Positions 40,801-57,190 of a stretch of 64,000 nt of DNA are shown in pieces (the first letter of the stretch is position 1; each line of letters opens with the position of its first letter). Where the stretch lies: assembly GCF_009914755.1 (NCBI RefSeq), contig NC_060937.1. The stretch is one strand, 5' to 3'. A model generated the notes under the pieces. It searched no databases. It was not told the DNA's origin and was given only the letters and a program-made list of their open reading frames with translations. This DNA is from the human T2T-CHM13v2.0 reference genome, Homo sapiens. The position numbers were made by a program, and so were the translations under genes.

Positions 40801-42481
40801 TTTTTTCATTAATCCCCTTCAACTGAATCTCTGTAATACCCGATGTTTTCTTCATAGGCCGTAAGTGCCAGCAACTGCACAGATACTTCTCTGTTTAGCC
40901 ACTTTTCAGCATAACTTTTATAAGAGAATTTAAAGTTTGTTGTGTAACCATAGCTTTTCAGTAGAATCTGCTATAGAGCCTATCATGAGGGATACATTTC
41001 TAATCATTGCCTCTTTTACTCCAAACAATGGAAATAAGGACCTAACAAGTGATGCCCTTCCAGAAGAGTGAAGGCTTCCTGGCAATGTTCTCTTTAACTC
41101 ATGATGTGGGTTAAGAAGAATTAATCAATGTTCTGTTTCTGACTGATTATGAGGCAATGTATGTACCATTAAAGTTTCTCACCTACATCAGGCCTTCATC
41201 TTTTATCTATCAAAGTATAAGATTGTCCATGTATAAGACTGGCTGCAAAATCCTTCACAAATAAAAGTATACCCCATAAGTGCACACAACAGACCCCCTT
41301 TCCATTTCTATTGTTCACAGAGGCATAAGCAAGGAGAAAATATTCAAAACTAAGAGTCTCGTGATAGAATTCTTGATCCGTGATCTTGGGAAAAGTTGGT
41401 CACATCAAGGATGCCAACTACTTCTGGGGAGAAACTTCCCTGGTTAGCTTTACCTTAAGGGTTCCAATTGGTGTCCAGTTCCAAGAGTGTGGAGGGACCC
41501 TTCTCAGTCGTGAGATGATGAACTCAAGGTTCAAGTTTCCAAAGTTTTGTTGCAGTGAGGATGGCAATGGCAGTCTTTCTCTGACGTTCTCAGAAGATCC
41601 CATCTTTGTGTTCTAGATTGTGAAGGGGTTGACTCTCCTCAGTGAACCATAAAGAAGCTTCCGTTACCTGATGAAAATACACTGTGGCACAATAACTTAG
41701 TGTTATAATATCAGCCCTATTGCATGGGAAGGCTTTTATACAACCAGAAAACATGCATTGAAAATGACAATTGAATGAAATTCCTTAATAAATGTTTAAA
41801 TGGCCCATCAGGTAACCAAATTTATTTGAAGCTTTGATTGTCTTCCCAGGAATATGGAACCAAACATTGGTTATAAACCATTTTTGCAATTTATAAATCA
41901 CCACATCAATATATTTAATTTGGATTATTTTATCTTTTCATGATGAGTCATGGAATGCAGAACTCTTAATATTAAAAGCTTTAAGGACTCGGGAAGGACA
42001 AGGAAGCCATCCTAGTTCTCCATGAGTCCATGCTTAACATTGGACTTATGTCCTCTTGAATAACAGTTGTTTCTCCAAATGAGGTGCATAGCACTGTTAA
42101 CTAATGTGTTATCATAGGTAACTTGACTTAGACCATAGATTTCATTCAAATTGTATATCTAAACAATTTCCGTATTGGCTGATTTAGCATGAAAATCTGG
42201 CAAAGTATTTCATTGGTATTCAGTTAATTTTTGTCCCACTTTGAGTTAGCAGTTTGATAAACTGGTCAGTCCTTTCATTCAAGTTCCAGGAACTGTTATG
42301 CGGTTCAAATGACATGACTCTGCAGTTGTTAGAAACCTGTGTTCAAGAGCGCTTGTCAGCGTCCTCCCCATCCTTTCATGAACATCCTAAAGGACACCAT
42401 GCTTTTGAAGTTTTCAGAAACTGCATCAGCTTTAAGCAATTAACTGTGGAAATGACTTTAAATAGTTATAGTTAAAAACAC

Positions 42482-42809
<328 letters not shown>

Positions 42810-44723
42810 TTAAGCTGGGAAATTTGTTTATTTCTGTGGTCTACAATAACTTGACATAATAACCATAATTATGATTGATAGCATATACTCAAACATATTA
42901 GAATTTTAGAAATTCCATACAATTTTGGAACATATATTAATATAATTCACCAAAGTATAACCTGAAGATTAAACACTATTTTTATTTTAACAATGCTTCC
43001 CATGCAACTTAACATGTCAGATAATCCCGTTGACCTCTCTTTTGGATGTTTCAAGGGCCCTCTGTAGCATCCCAAAGTCGGAGGTCAGAAAAGACCATTT
43101 TGAAGCTGACATACAATTTTGAGAAGCCTATCAAATATGTTAAAGGTTTAAAACACTTGATGTTATGAAATGGAATTCCACATGTCCCCAGGCCTTAAAA
43201 GTCAAGGCAGTTTATCACCTTAAAGCATTTAGCGAACCTAGTATTTGACCTGCATAATTGAGACCAAATGTCTTTATTTTTGCCAATAATCTTTAAAACT
43301 TTTTATTTCCCAAAGATTATTAAAATCATGTGAGCTAAAGGGCATTAGTTTTTATTTTTCTTTAAAAATATTTGATCGAAGTGCTTATTTTTCTTTAAGC
43401 CAATTAATTAGAGCTCTTTCATATAAACATTACACACACAACACATTTGTAACTACACAGACAGACAGACAGAAGATTATTACAGTAGTTGTAAGTTTTC
43501 TTTTACCAGTTTGTTAGTTTCTTAATTGGATTACTGGTATAGGGTCCAGTCCTTGGAAGAATGGGGCCAGGAAGGGGTCTCTGGTGCCCCTGTTTTTCTT
43601 AAAGAGTCCCAGGCTCTTGGAGCTTGAATATCCACTTTTAATGAAGCTGACTATTATCTATAGCACTGTTTAATAAAAGTTCTTTTAAGTTTCTTATTAC
43701 CCGACTTTAGCCAGGCCCAACAGCCAATATTTTTGTGCTTACAGAAAGGAAAATTCAAGACTGTTCATGGAGGGGAAGAGGATTTAAAAATGGCAAATGT
43801 CACCCAAATATCAATCAGAAAGTACTCATTCCCTAAGCCGGGAATTGAACCATGAACCTGGCAGCCATTGTGATAGAGAGACTGAGGAAAACATTTCCAC
43901 GTGGTTACAAGCTCAAGCCCCCAGGGACGTTTAAGACAAGATGGAGACCTCATCTACTTTTATTTTCTTTTTCTTCTTTCAGGGACCTGAAGCAAAGTTT
44001 ATAACTGACCAATTTGCATCTTGAACAGTGGGCTTATGGTGTTTTAGGCATGCATTTTATCCCAAGGTACCCCTTTTAATGACAGAACAATACAGAAAGA
44101 CACACAAAGCACACCAGATTCACTACAGTTTAAGACCAGCCTCAGAATTCTTTTTCATATTAACTAAAACTTTACAGAGGAGATAAACAGTGATTTTTAC
44201 TATTCATTTAACCAGTTTGCACAGAGAAAAAGAGGCCAGGATTTCTCTGACTCACGAGGCATCCTTAGCATTTTGTCGGCATGCTAGGCTTCTGGGTTCC
44301 CTTTCCCCGAGGGCCCCACTGACCCGGCTTGCTGCACCAAAGCCACTGCAGCCAAGCCACAGCACAAAGAAAATTATCTTTTTCTGCTCTGGCCAGAGCA
44401 AAATACATGTGACAAAACATAGATGTTAGCCACTCTGCTTTGCCCCCAATATCAAACTGGCAAGGCTCAAACTTGCCCCCAGATTGGCCCCATCATCTCT
44501 AAATCTTTCTAAAAGCTTCTGCATATTAATATGCATCCCTAGATGAGACTAATTTGTGAACCCTCATTTTTAAATGCACTTTTGTGCATTGTTCATTTGG
44601 AACATTCCACTGTAAGTTACCTTTAGTAAGATTTTGCCATTTCTTTAAGACTTCATGGCCTCCCAGGCCTAATGTATAAGCCAGAAGGAACTCAGTTTTC
44701 TAGAAACTAAGGATCCCATTTTT

Positions 44724-44870
44724 GATAGCATTAGTATTAAGAGAAATACGTAATGTAGATGACAGGTTGATGGGTGCAGCAAACCACCATGGCATGTGTA
44801 TACCTATGTAATAAACATGCATGTTCTGCACATGTACCCTACAACTTAAAGTATAATTTTAAAAAAAAAA
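44724..44870 (+). mobile_element. Very short L1PA 3' end nested in the provirus
   Basis: gatagcattag...gtaccctacaacttaaagtataat(A)n; TSD aaggatcc(c/t)attttt. Confidence 0.88.
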
Positions 44871-44933
44871 GGATCCTATTTTTACCTAAAATATTGGCTT
44901 TACTCTCAGATTCCCTTGATTAACTTAGCCAAT

Positions 44934-45286
44934 TGATATGGTTTACTGTGTCCCCACCCAAATCTCAACTTGAATTATATCTCCCAGAATTCCCACATGT
45001 TGTGGGAGGGACCCATTGGGAGGTAACTGAATCATGGGGGCTGGTCTTTCCCATGCTATTTTCATGATAGTGAATAAGTCTTGCAGGATCTGATGGGCTT
45101 ATCAGCAATTTCTGATTTTGCTTCCTCCTCATTTTTCTCCTGCTGCTGCCATGTAAGAAGTGCCTTTCACCTCCTGCCATGATTCTGAGGCCTCCCAGCC
45201 ATGTGGAACTGTAAGTCCAATTAAACCTCTTTTTGTTCCCAGTTTCAGGTATGTCTTTATCAGCAGCATAAAAACAGATTAATACA
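44934..45286 (+). mobile_element. THE1 (THE1A-like) MaLR solo LTR nested in the provirus
   Basis: tgatatggttt...ccccacccaaatctcaacttgaatt...taataca; 5-bp TSD CCAAT. Confidence 0.9.
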
Positions 45287-48200
45287 CCAATGATTTTTTT
45301 CTACCTAAGTGCACAGGGAAAATGAAACAAAGGGGTGGAACACAAAAATCCCTGTGAATTTCCAAAAGCCAAATTTTATAACCCCTACAATATCAGATCC
45401 CACTTCTGACACCATCTATTAAAAGAAAAACTTGAGCCAAATTAAATCTAAAGGAGTTTAATTAAGCAATGAAGGATTCACAAATTGGACAGCCCCCAGA
45501 ATCACAGCAGATCCGAAAAGACTCTAGCGCGGCCATGTAGTGGAAGAATATTTATAGACAAAGAAAGGGAACTGACGTACAGAAATTGGAAGTGAGGTAC
45601 AGACAGCTGGATTGGTTACAGCTCAGGGTTTGCCTTATTTGAACACAGTTTGGACACTCAGCAGGGTGAGTGGTTGAAGTACAGCTGCTGGAATTGGCCA
45701 AGACTCAGCTGTTGTTACAGGCTCAGACTCCTAAATTAGGTTTTCAATCTTGTCTACCTATTAAGTTAGGCTGCAGTTTATCCACAAGGACTCATAAATC
45801 TGGAAGTACAGAGTCCTTCTTGGGCCATATTTAGTTGCTTTAACACACCTATAACAAATTAACTTTACCAAGGTGTCTTCCAGTCTCAGCTTCTCACATG
45901 CTAGTAAGAGGAAGTTTTTCCAAGGTATCTTCTGGGCTCAGCTCCCCACTTACTGGTAAAAGGAGCAGTTTTGTGCATATCTTGCTGGGTTTGTCTTTCC
46001 AGTCATCACAAGAGTGGCTGCACCACACCCCATCACTTTCTGTGTGGAGTGGGCCCAGCTCCAGCTCTGTGCAACAGTAAACCAGTGACACTGGAATTCA
46101 TGTGTTTATACACTCAGCTTTCACATGCTTCTGCATCAATTTTTTAAGACTATTTCCAGAGTGGGATCGAGACCTAAGTGAATCGTCCCAGGAATAGGGT
46201 TCTTGAGAAATGATTGCATGAGTAAGGCTGCAGTTAACACCACCATGACTAATTACCAGCAAATTGAACTCCTTCTGTTCTGTGAAAGTTGCTAGTACCA
46301 AAATAGGTTCACTCATATCAAACTCTAACAAAATGGGGTGGGGAGGCCATGACGGGGCGCCCTCATACACAAACACCTGGACAAGCCTCATCTCAAGGCA
46401 CCCCTGCACGGGCCTCAGGTTCGCCCATATTAGGATGCATTGCACGAAAATTCCTCAAGACAGGTCGGTATTACAGGTGAGCGGCCTGCACAAGGAGCTA
46501 ACGCCAGCTCTGGGACAAGCTCTGCTAACCAGTGATTTTTGTTACAAAGCAGCTTCTGTGGAGTTCTCTCTGTCTTTAAAGATCTCCCCTTTGCCCTGGC
46601 CCCTCCAGTGTGCCTGTGATCTATCATAGCATGCAATCCCCTGCTATTCTCACTTAAATTTATTTGTTCTGGAGAGCCTGTTCCTTTGAATTTCCTTTTA
46701 GGTGGACAGTTCAAGACCCCTAACACATTAATCCACTTAATCCAAAGAGCTCCTCTTGTATCAGGGAAGGCCACAGGGACATCCCTGTCTTGTTCCTGAC
46801 CTTGGAATTGCATTGCTTAGTTTCCAAACATGGGATTTCCCAGTTATCTTTTGTTATGAATTCCTGGCTCTCTGCCACTGTGAACATTATCTGTATGATT
46901 TCAGCCCTTTGAAACATGTGGACACTTTTTCATGGCCCAGCATACGGTCAAATTTTGCAAATGTTGTAAACATTCTTTCTGTATTGAAAACTTTTATGGT
47001 TTCCTGTACTCTGCAGCTATTTCCGATTTTGTCTTTTGTGCCTTGAAGCAGAGTGAGTCTTATCATCTGTGTCTGAGCCATCTGCTCCAAGGTTCCTGTG
47101 GTGCTAGTCCTGTCTTCTCTGCAGGATTGATTCACTTTGCAAGATGTTTGGTGCACTGAGACACTGGAAAGTTGGCAGCATCTTGAGATGTCATCAGTCC
47201 AGGGCCACGTTAAGATAATTTCGCGACTTGAGGGTTTTTTAGGCACTGTGACATTAAGCTAATTTCACAACTGTGTGAACCTGGGCCGCAGGGCTCTTCC
47301 TTGTCTTGTCCCCTGCTCTGCTGTAACCTGGCAGTTGTTGAAGGATGGGTTATTTCTGATCCACGTTTTCCTGAGGGTGAAGACTTCAGCTCCTATGAAG
47401 ACTGCCCACCTGCCCCATCCCCCACAAAGACCCCACCGCTGGCATCCTGAGTGCCTTCAGGAGAAGCCCTCTGAGTGCTGGCTCGGGGGTCTGACAGATT
47501 TTTTTGACCACAGCCTCAAAATTCCTGACTCCTGGGTGGGCTCTTCAGTATATGCAAGATGGCCTCCAGGATTCTGGCTTTGTTCAGTGGAAGGGTCGAC
47601 TTAAGCAGGTCACGCAGCAGTTCCTGGTGGTGGTGACTCCCAGCTTCTTTAGCTCAGCTCTTGAGTGATTTGCACTACACAGAAGGTACTGGAGACACAG
47701 TTACCTTTTCTGGAAATCAATGTTTGCAAGCACATTTGCCCTCCAAAGGTTGAAGGTTGAGTGAATTTGAAGTGGTTGGAGATTTGTTTGTAAACCACTC
47801 TTCTGCAGAATGAGAACGAAGTTGCTGCTTGGTTTTGAAGATACGGCCTTTTGTGGGAGGGCAGAACAGAAAAATCAAAGCTTGGATTTAGAGTTAAGGA
47901 CACAGGAAAAGAATTATGAATATTAAAGACTGAGTTAATATGTGTCATATAGCAAATACTTTACATATTGCATGCAACATAGTAAGCTGTTCTATGTAAC
48001 GGCCTCCACATTTCAGGATATCACTTGGTGACATTTCAAGGCATTTCTAAGAAACAAAACGTTAAACTTAATATTGGGCCAAAATATTGATTAAGGCAGC
48101 AGCTGAACACCCAAATATAATCTGGATAATCAAAGTCAAAAATAGGCGTTGGTATTTACTTTCTGTAGAATATAAGTAGAAACTATATAATACCAAACAT

Positions 48201-48649
48201 CCAAACCTAGCCCAGTATAAAAAATAATTCTCCACTTAATATAGAAATCACAAAATGCAGTGTGGTGCCATGGCTTGGATCCCGGAACAGAGGTGCACGG
48301 TGGAAGTCCGCACTGCTTCTCAACACTGGACCCCAGACTGCAGCTCACTTCCATGCAGTGTTGCTTCATGTGTGCAAGCCCTTGTCAGTGTTTCATTAGT
48401 CCTCAGGACAGATGCCAAGGAGCTGCTGCTTAACTGCCTTGTCTGGTCTGATCTTAAGAAGCAAAACTTGATTGGAGCCCTGTGGTGCCCTGAAATCCAG
48501 AGCATGTTGTTGGGGGTGATTGATTTTCCTGGGTCTTTAGCAACATGTCTGATGTTTGCAGATTCTGTACCATGGGCCCAGCCGTCAGTCAAGTCCAAGA
48601 GCAGACGTGAGTCGAGTGGTCAGTGGGTTGCAGGTAACCATAGGCCAGC

Positions 48650-49755
48650 CGAGGGTGGCAGCCGTAGGTGGACAGCTGGGACTCCTTCCCTGTGGGTGAC
48701 AGCTGTGGGTGACAGCCGTGGGTGGACAGCATGGGTGGCAGCCGTGGGTGGCAGCTAGGACTCCTTCCCTGTGGGTGACAGCTGTGGGTGGACAGCATGG
48801 GTGACAGCCGTGGGTGGACAGCTGTGGGTGACAGCCGTGGGTGGACAGCTGTGGGTGGGCAGCATGGGTGGCAGCCGTGGGTGGCAACTAGGACTCCTTC
48901 CCTGTGGGTGACAGCTGTGAGTGACAGCCGTGGGTGGCAGCCGTGGGTGGCAGCCGTGGGTGGCAGCTAGGACTCCTTCCCTGTGGGTGACAGCTGTGGG
49001 TGGACAGCATGGGTGGCAGCCGTGGGTGGACAGCTGGGACTCCTTCCATGTGGATGACAGCTGTGGGTGACAGCCATGGGTGGACAGCATGGGTGACAGC
49101 TGTGGGTGGACAGCTGTGGGTGACAGCCGTGGGTGGACAGCATGGGTGACAGCTGTGGGTGGACAGCTGTGGGTGACAGCCGTGGGTGGACATCATGGGT
49201 GGCAGCTGTGAGTGGACAGCTAGGACTCCTTCCCTGAGGGTGGCAGCTGTGAGTGACAGCCGTGGGTGGCAGCTGGGACTCCTTCCCTGTGGGTGACAGC
49301 TGTGGGTGACAGCCGTGGGTGGACAGCATGGGTGGCAGCCGTGGGTGGCAGCTAGGACTCCTTCCCTGTGGGTGACAGCTGTGGGTGGACAGCATGGGTG
49401 GCAGCCGTGGGTGGACAGCTGGGACTCCTTCCATGTGGATGACAGCTGTGGGTGACAGCCATGGGTGGACAGCATGGGTGACAGCTGTGGGTGGACAGCT
49501 AGGACTCCTTCCCTGAGGGTGGCAGCTGTGAGTGACAGCCTTGGGTGGCAGCTGGGACTCCTTCCCTGAGGGTGGCAGCTGTGGGTGGACAGCTGTGGGT
49601 GACAGCCGTGGGTGGACAGTGTGGGTGGCAGCCGTGGGTGGCAGCTGGGACTCCTTCCCTGTGGGAGGCAGCTGTGAGTGACAGCCGTGGGTGGACAGCC
49701 GTGGGTGGCAGCCGTGGGTGGCAGCCGTGGGTGGCAGCTGGGACTCCTTCCCTGA
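48650..49755. repeat. Modular minisatellite built from GTGGGTG(G/A/GA)CAGC(T/C/A) monomers punctuated by GGACTCCTTCCCT
   Basis: Direct inspection. Confidence 0.93.
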
Positions 49756-51424
49756 CCTGAGCTCACTTCATTTGACCAGGAGCATCAAAAACAGTGTGTG
49801 CATCCAAACCACTGTGAATCCCCACACTGTAAAAACAAAAACTTCAAACGTCACATATTTTGTCCACTTTGCCCTCAATGCACGCTTTATCCATGTGAGT
49901 GTGAGCAGACATAGAGCACAGCCCTCACTCCTCCATCCACCAACCGATGGCAGCAGCAAGCACAGTCAGGCTTCTCAGCACACAGGATGAAGGAACAAGG
50001 GAAGACAGCCCCACGGTCTGACTCCGAGTCCCAGCTGAGGAACCAGCCAATAGCATGGACAGCACTACTTCCCATCAGCATGACTGTCAGGTATTTGTCG
50101 AGCACCTACTGAATATTAGGTATTTGTTGAGCACCTACTGAATATTAGGCTTTTTCTAGTCATTTTTGACCAATGACAATATCAGAGTAAAGGAAATTGA
50201 TTATTCTAATAGAATTCCTCTGAATGTAACATTTAGATTGTATAGGCTAAGAAATCATAACTAAGCCTCATGTCTTAAAGTGCTGGTTGTATTTCTAGGT
50301 AGGAATTCTTACATCTAAATTCTACAGTATATGCAAGTTATCTAAAAATTAATACTTGTGAACAATTATGTATTAAAATAAATTTTTCTTTTCAAAAACC
50401 CAGGCAACTTTAAAATTTTCATTAAATCAACAATTTTAACAGCCTATAAAGGCTTCTGCCAAATGTTGAAGATCATCAGAGCTAGCTGAGTACAGAGCAC
50501 CTCAGCCACCTCAAGAGTGGCAGGGGAGGAAATAAAGTCATATTTTGGCTTCACTCACATCTTATTACTTCCAGATCTGATTCTTTCTTTCAGACTGGCA
50601 GCCACTACATCCTGCTAATATTCAGAGCAAATTTCTCATGAAATGCCCTGTATCTGCTCCTCACATATGCAAAGCTGAACAATGAGTTCCCATCCATGGA
50701 TTCTGCACTGGAGTCTCATGTGATGAGAGCTGTAGTGTAATGAAGACCACAGCTCTGACATGAAAATGATGATGCTATTTTCTCATTAACCAAATCCTCT
50801 GATGTGTCGTCGCCAACATTGCGCACGTGGCTTCAACGAAGATGAAACGACCGACAGCTGTCCTAGCGCCATGTTCACTCCATTCGTCTCAGGAAAAACC
50901 CATCCCAACCTGATTAGAGCAATGGAGAGAGGGTGGCTTAAAACAGCTAAGCCTTTGCATAACTCGTCTTCAAGTCAATCAGAAAAATTAGGGAGGATCT
51001 GCTGCCTAACCTTCAAACAAATATTTTGGAATTGTCCGAATTATATAAATTATTCAAGATAGAAGAGAAAGGAGATAAGGAAAGCAGAAAGAAAGGTACT
51101 AATTAAGAAAGGAAAGAACTGGAGAGCGGGAGAGGTTGGGAGGAAGGGCAGAAGAAAGAGGTAGGGGAGAGGAAGACAGCAAGGAGCAAAGGAAGGGTGG
51201 GCAGGAGGAAGGTTAGTTGGAGAATTTCTCGGATCTTATGTGTGATTATCTCCTTCCTCTGTAGCTGAGGAGTGGCATCAAAATGGCAACACTAAACTAT
51301 CCAAGATCTCCTGAAAAAAAAAAACACCCCAGTGGAGAAGAAGATCCCACTCTTCACCATTATTCTTCGCGTGTTGTTTGAGAATCCCAGACTGTCTTCT
51401 GGCTCCCGTTCTTCCCCCTCCTTG

Positions 51425-51438
51425 GACGCCATGACAAC
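51425..51438. promoter_or_regulatory. X-box (RFX)-like motif upstream of the CFAP97D2 ATG
   Basis: GACGCCATGACAAC versus consensus GTTGCCATGGCAAC. A second motif, GTTGCCATACAAT, is at 51778-51790. Confidence 0.45.
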
Positions 51439-51448
51439 TGTCACATGA

Positions 51449-51646
<198 letters not shown>

Positions 51647-51969
51647 TGACAGCTCAGCGGGCGGGCACCAAGCAGCGCCCACGAAATGCCTCTGCTTTCC
51701 CTGGAGTCCTGGAGGTGATTTTCTTTTTGGAGACAGCATGGTTGAAATGACATTTCCTAACAAGATTCATCATCTATGTTGCCATACAATAAAAATCTCA
51801 TTAAATAGTTGACGGCTTTCTTTCTTTCTTTTTTTTTTTTGAGATGACAGCTTTCATGTGCCATGTTTTAGGGCCATCCTATTTCTAATCACAGCATATA
51901 TTTAAGAAGTACTTAATTTTTCCTAAGTGACTTGAAAGCATCTTAAGACAAAAACACCAGAAGCATCCT

Positions 51970-52218
<249 letters not shown>

Positions 52219-54112
52219 TAGAAGATATGTTATTATTTCCATTTATTGGATGCAAATGTGGACAATTGTTTGAGGGCATCGCCATGCAGATCTGAGGTGG
52301 CCTCCCACAGTCTTCTGCCCACACCTCAGTGGAGGCGTCAGAGAACGATGTTCCATGTATCATGTCTCCACATGTGTGTTGATCAGGCTGGAAATACTCT
52401 TAAGAAGGAGAAGTTTGGGTTTCTGTTTCTGGGAATGGAGACACTGCCCTGTAATGATCTTAAGTGACTACCCCAAGGAGTGAACTGCAGGTCAAGCATT
52501 TCTCTTCCTCCTAGGGTTGCAAGTGACATTGTGTGGCCTGGGCTGCAGGTCACACTCATTGCAAGGCGCCATAGCACCCAGCCCCCACCCCACATCAGGC
52601 CTCTGCACCTGCTGTCTCCTTTGAGGTCCCCACTGGGAACTCTTCCCGGCTCCTTCCCCAGCTCAACCTCACTTCCTGGCACTCCGGTTCCAATATCACC
52701 TCCCTGGAGTCTTCTCTGTCCCCTCTGCCGCTCTCTGGTTCCTGGGCCTGCTACCTCCTGTTGCCACGTGATTGATGGGCATGTTCATTACTTGTGTTGT
52801 TTTCCCCACTCAGTGCTGACCACGTCCTGCCCACCACGATGTTCTCTGCACGTAGAGTGTGGAGTGAGCACTTGGTCAACCGTTGTCAGTAGGGAAAGAT
52901 GGAAAGCAGTGGGTAAGGCAATAGCACATATGAATCAGTTAGCATTACAGTAATACTACAGGATAGAAACCCCATGGGTGTTTTCTTGTTTGCTTTTGTA
53001 TCCCGGGGACTAGAATACCTCCTGCATGAGGTAGCTGGTCAGTAATCCTGCAGCCTAAGTGAGTAACCAGGCTCTGTACCTGAGAAACTGTAAGGTAAAG
53101 AAGGTTGAAATTGTCGTCATGGGAGGTGCAGAGATGATTGAATAGTGAACTTTGGTAGGTTGACTGGAGCCATGAGGCCCCAGGGGGCATAAGCTAGTTT
53201 AGCAGCTCTGTGACGTCGGAAACCTACAGGTACTGGGTCCAAGGATGGAGTCATTGGAACACCCCAGTGTGGCCCCCGAGTAGCAGCAAGGGGCATGGGC
53301 CGGGAACCTATGATTCTGGCACGAAAGTGTTGAAAAGAGGGACTGGGTGTCTGACCTGGAGGGGATGAAGTGAAGACAGAGAACCAGTCCAGAAAGAGAG
53401 AAACTGGAAGTCACATATTGTAAGGAACTGCTGTTGGGCACAGCTGACCAAGTGATGAAAAGGAGGTTGTGGTGAAGAACAGGGCAACTGAAAGCACAGC
53501 TTCCCAGCAGGGGCAGACACAGGTGGTGATGATGCCTGGGTGTCCTGGCAGGGGTATGCTGAGGGGCGTGAGGGTAGGACATGAGACCTGGCAAAGGAGG
53601 TTAAGGCAGCTGGCAGAGCCGTCCCACGGGGGTAGGGCTCATTTAGGACAAAGAAATGGGAGAAGAGCAAGATGGGCCCTGATGCTACAGGCCCCACTGA
53701 ATGAGGAGAAGGGCAAGCTACAGCAGAAGGGTGAGGAGCAGCCGGGGCTGGAAGCAGCTACATGAGCAGGACCCCTCTAACACTCCACAGTTCTCCAACT
53801 GGCACTAAAACTTGAATGCAAACAATGTTTCTCCCAAATTAAGAGTGGAGAGAATCAGCTCTTTGAATAACTTAGTTTTTTATTGCTTGGCTGAGAATCT
53901 CTGAAACTGTAAAGGACCTTGGTAGAATAAGAGGAGATAAAATAAGAGGAGAAAAAAGACCTGTGGGAGAACAGTGCATCCCAGTCCCCTGATGACTGCC
54001 CTCCTAGAATAGGGGCCTCATCCTCAGCCCAGCCTTCCCCCTCAGAGCCTGAGTGGCCCCTGCCCCCAGCGCTCCCCAACGCACCTGACCCCTCAGCCAG
54101 GCTGGCCATGCC

Positions 54113-56050
<1,938 letters not shown>

Positions 56051-56055
56051 CTTCA

Positions 56056-56388
<333 letters not shown>

Positions 56389-57190
56389 CTAAAAAGCAAA
56401 GAGAACGAAGTCTGAATAAAGCAGAAAAGGCTATCCAAGGACTGTGGGACAAAAACAAAGGTGTAACTTACTTGTAATGAGAATACCAGGAGAAGAAAGG
56501 GAGAAAGGAACAGAAGAAATATTTGAAGCAATAATGAATGAGAATTTCCACCACGTTAATGTCAGACACCAAGCCACAGATCCAAGAGGTTCAAAGAATG
56601 CCAAAAAGGATAAATGCCCAGAAAACTACACCTAGGCATATCGTGTTCAAACTACAGAAAATCAGAGATAGAGAAAACATCCTGAAAGAAGCCAGAGGAA
56701 CAAGACTCCAACAGAGGAACGAAGATGAGAATGACACGCTCACCTCCTCCAGCCGGTAACCAGGAAAAAGTGTAGGGAGACATGTGAAGTGTCCAGAGGA
56801 AGGGAAGCAAGACCCTAGAATTCTGTACCCTGAGAAATTATCTGTCACAAGTGAAGAAGAAATAAACATTTTCTCAAACAAAAATTGAGGAAATCTGTCA
56901 GTTGACCTGCCTTGGAAGAAATAGCAGAAGAAATTCTTTAGAGAGAACAAAAATGGTGTAGGTCAGTAACAGATCCACATAAAGAAAGGAAACCATCAGA
57001 GCAGGAATAAGCAACAGTAAAATAAAAACTCTTATTTTTATTATTCTTAGTTGATCTAACAGATAAAAGTTTGTTCAAAACCATAATTACTGCATGGTGT
57101 TAGACTGTGTATACTTATGTGCATATCTCTATCTGTGATACACATACACCTGCTTTTATATTAATATAAGTGAAACGAATAAGCAGCCAC

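Noticed and set aside
45397-45414. tRNA-Leu gene
   Set aside because: Only the 3' 18 nt including CCA are present, adjacent to an LTR; this is a retroviral primer-binding site.
48650-49755. CRISPR-like repeat/spacer pattern (GGACTCCTTCCCT at intervals)
   Set aside because: The intervening sequences are themselves repeats of the same monomers.
52540-52625. Possible CFAP97D2 exon 2 (STQPPPHIRPLHL)
   Set aside because: Only superficial resemblance to the family motif and no convincing donor. Exon 2 probably lies beyond the window.
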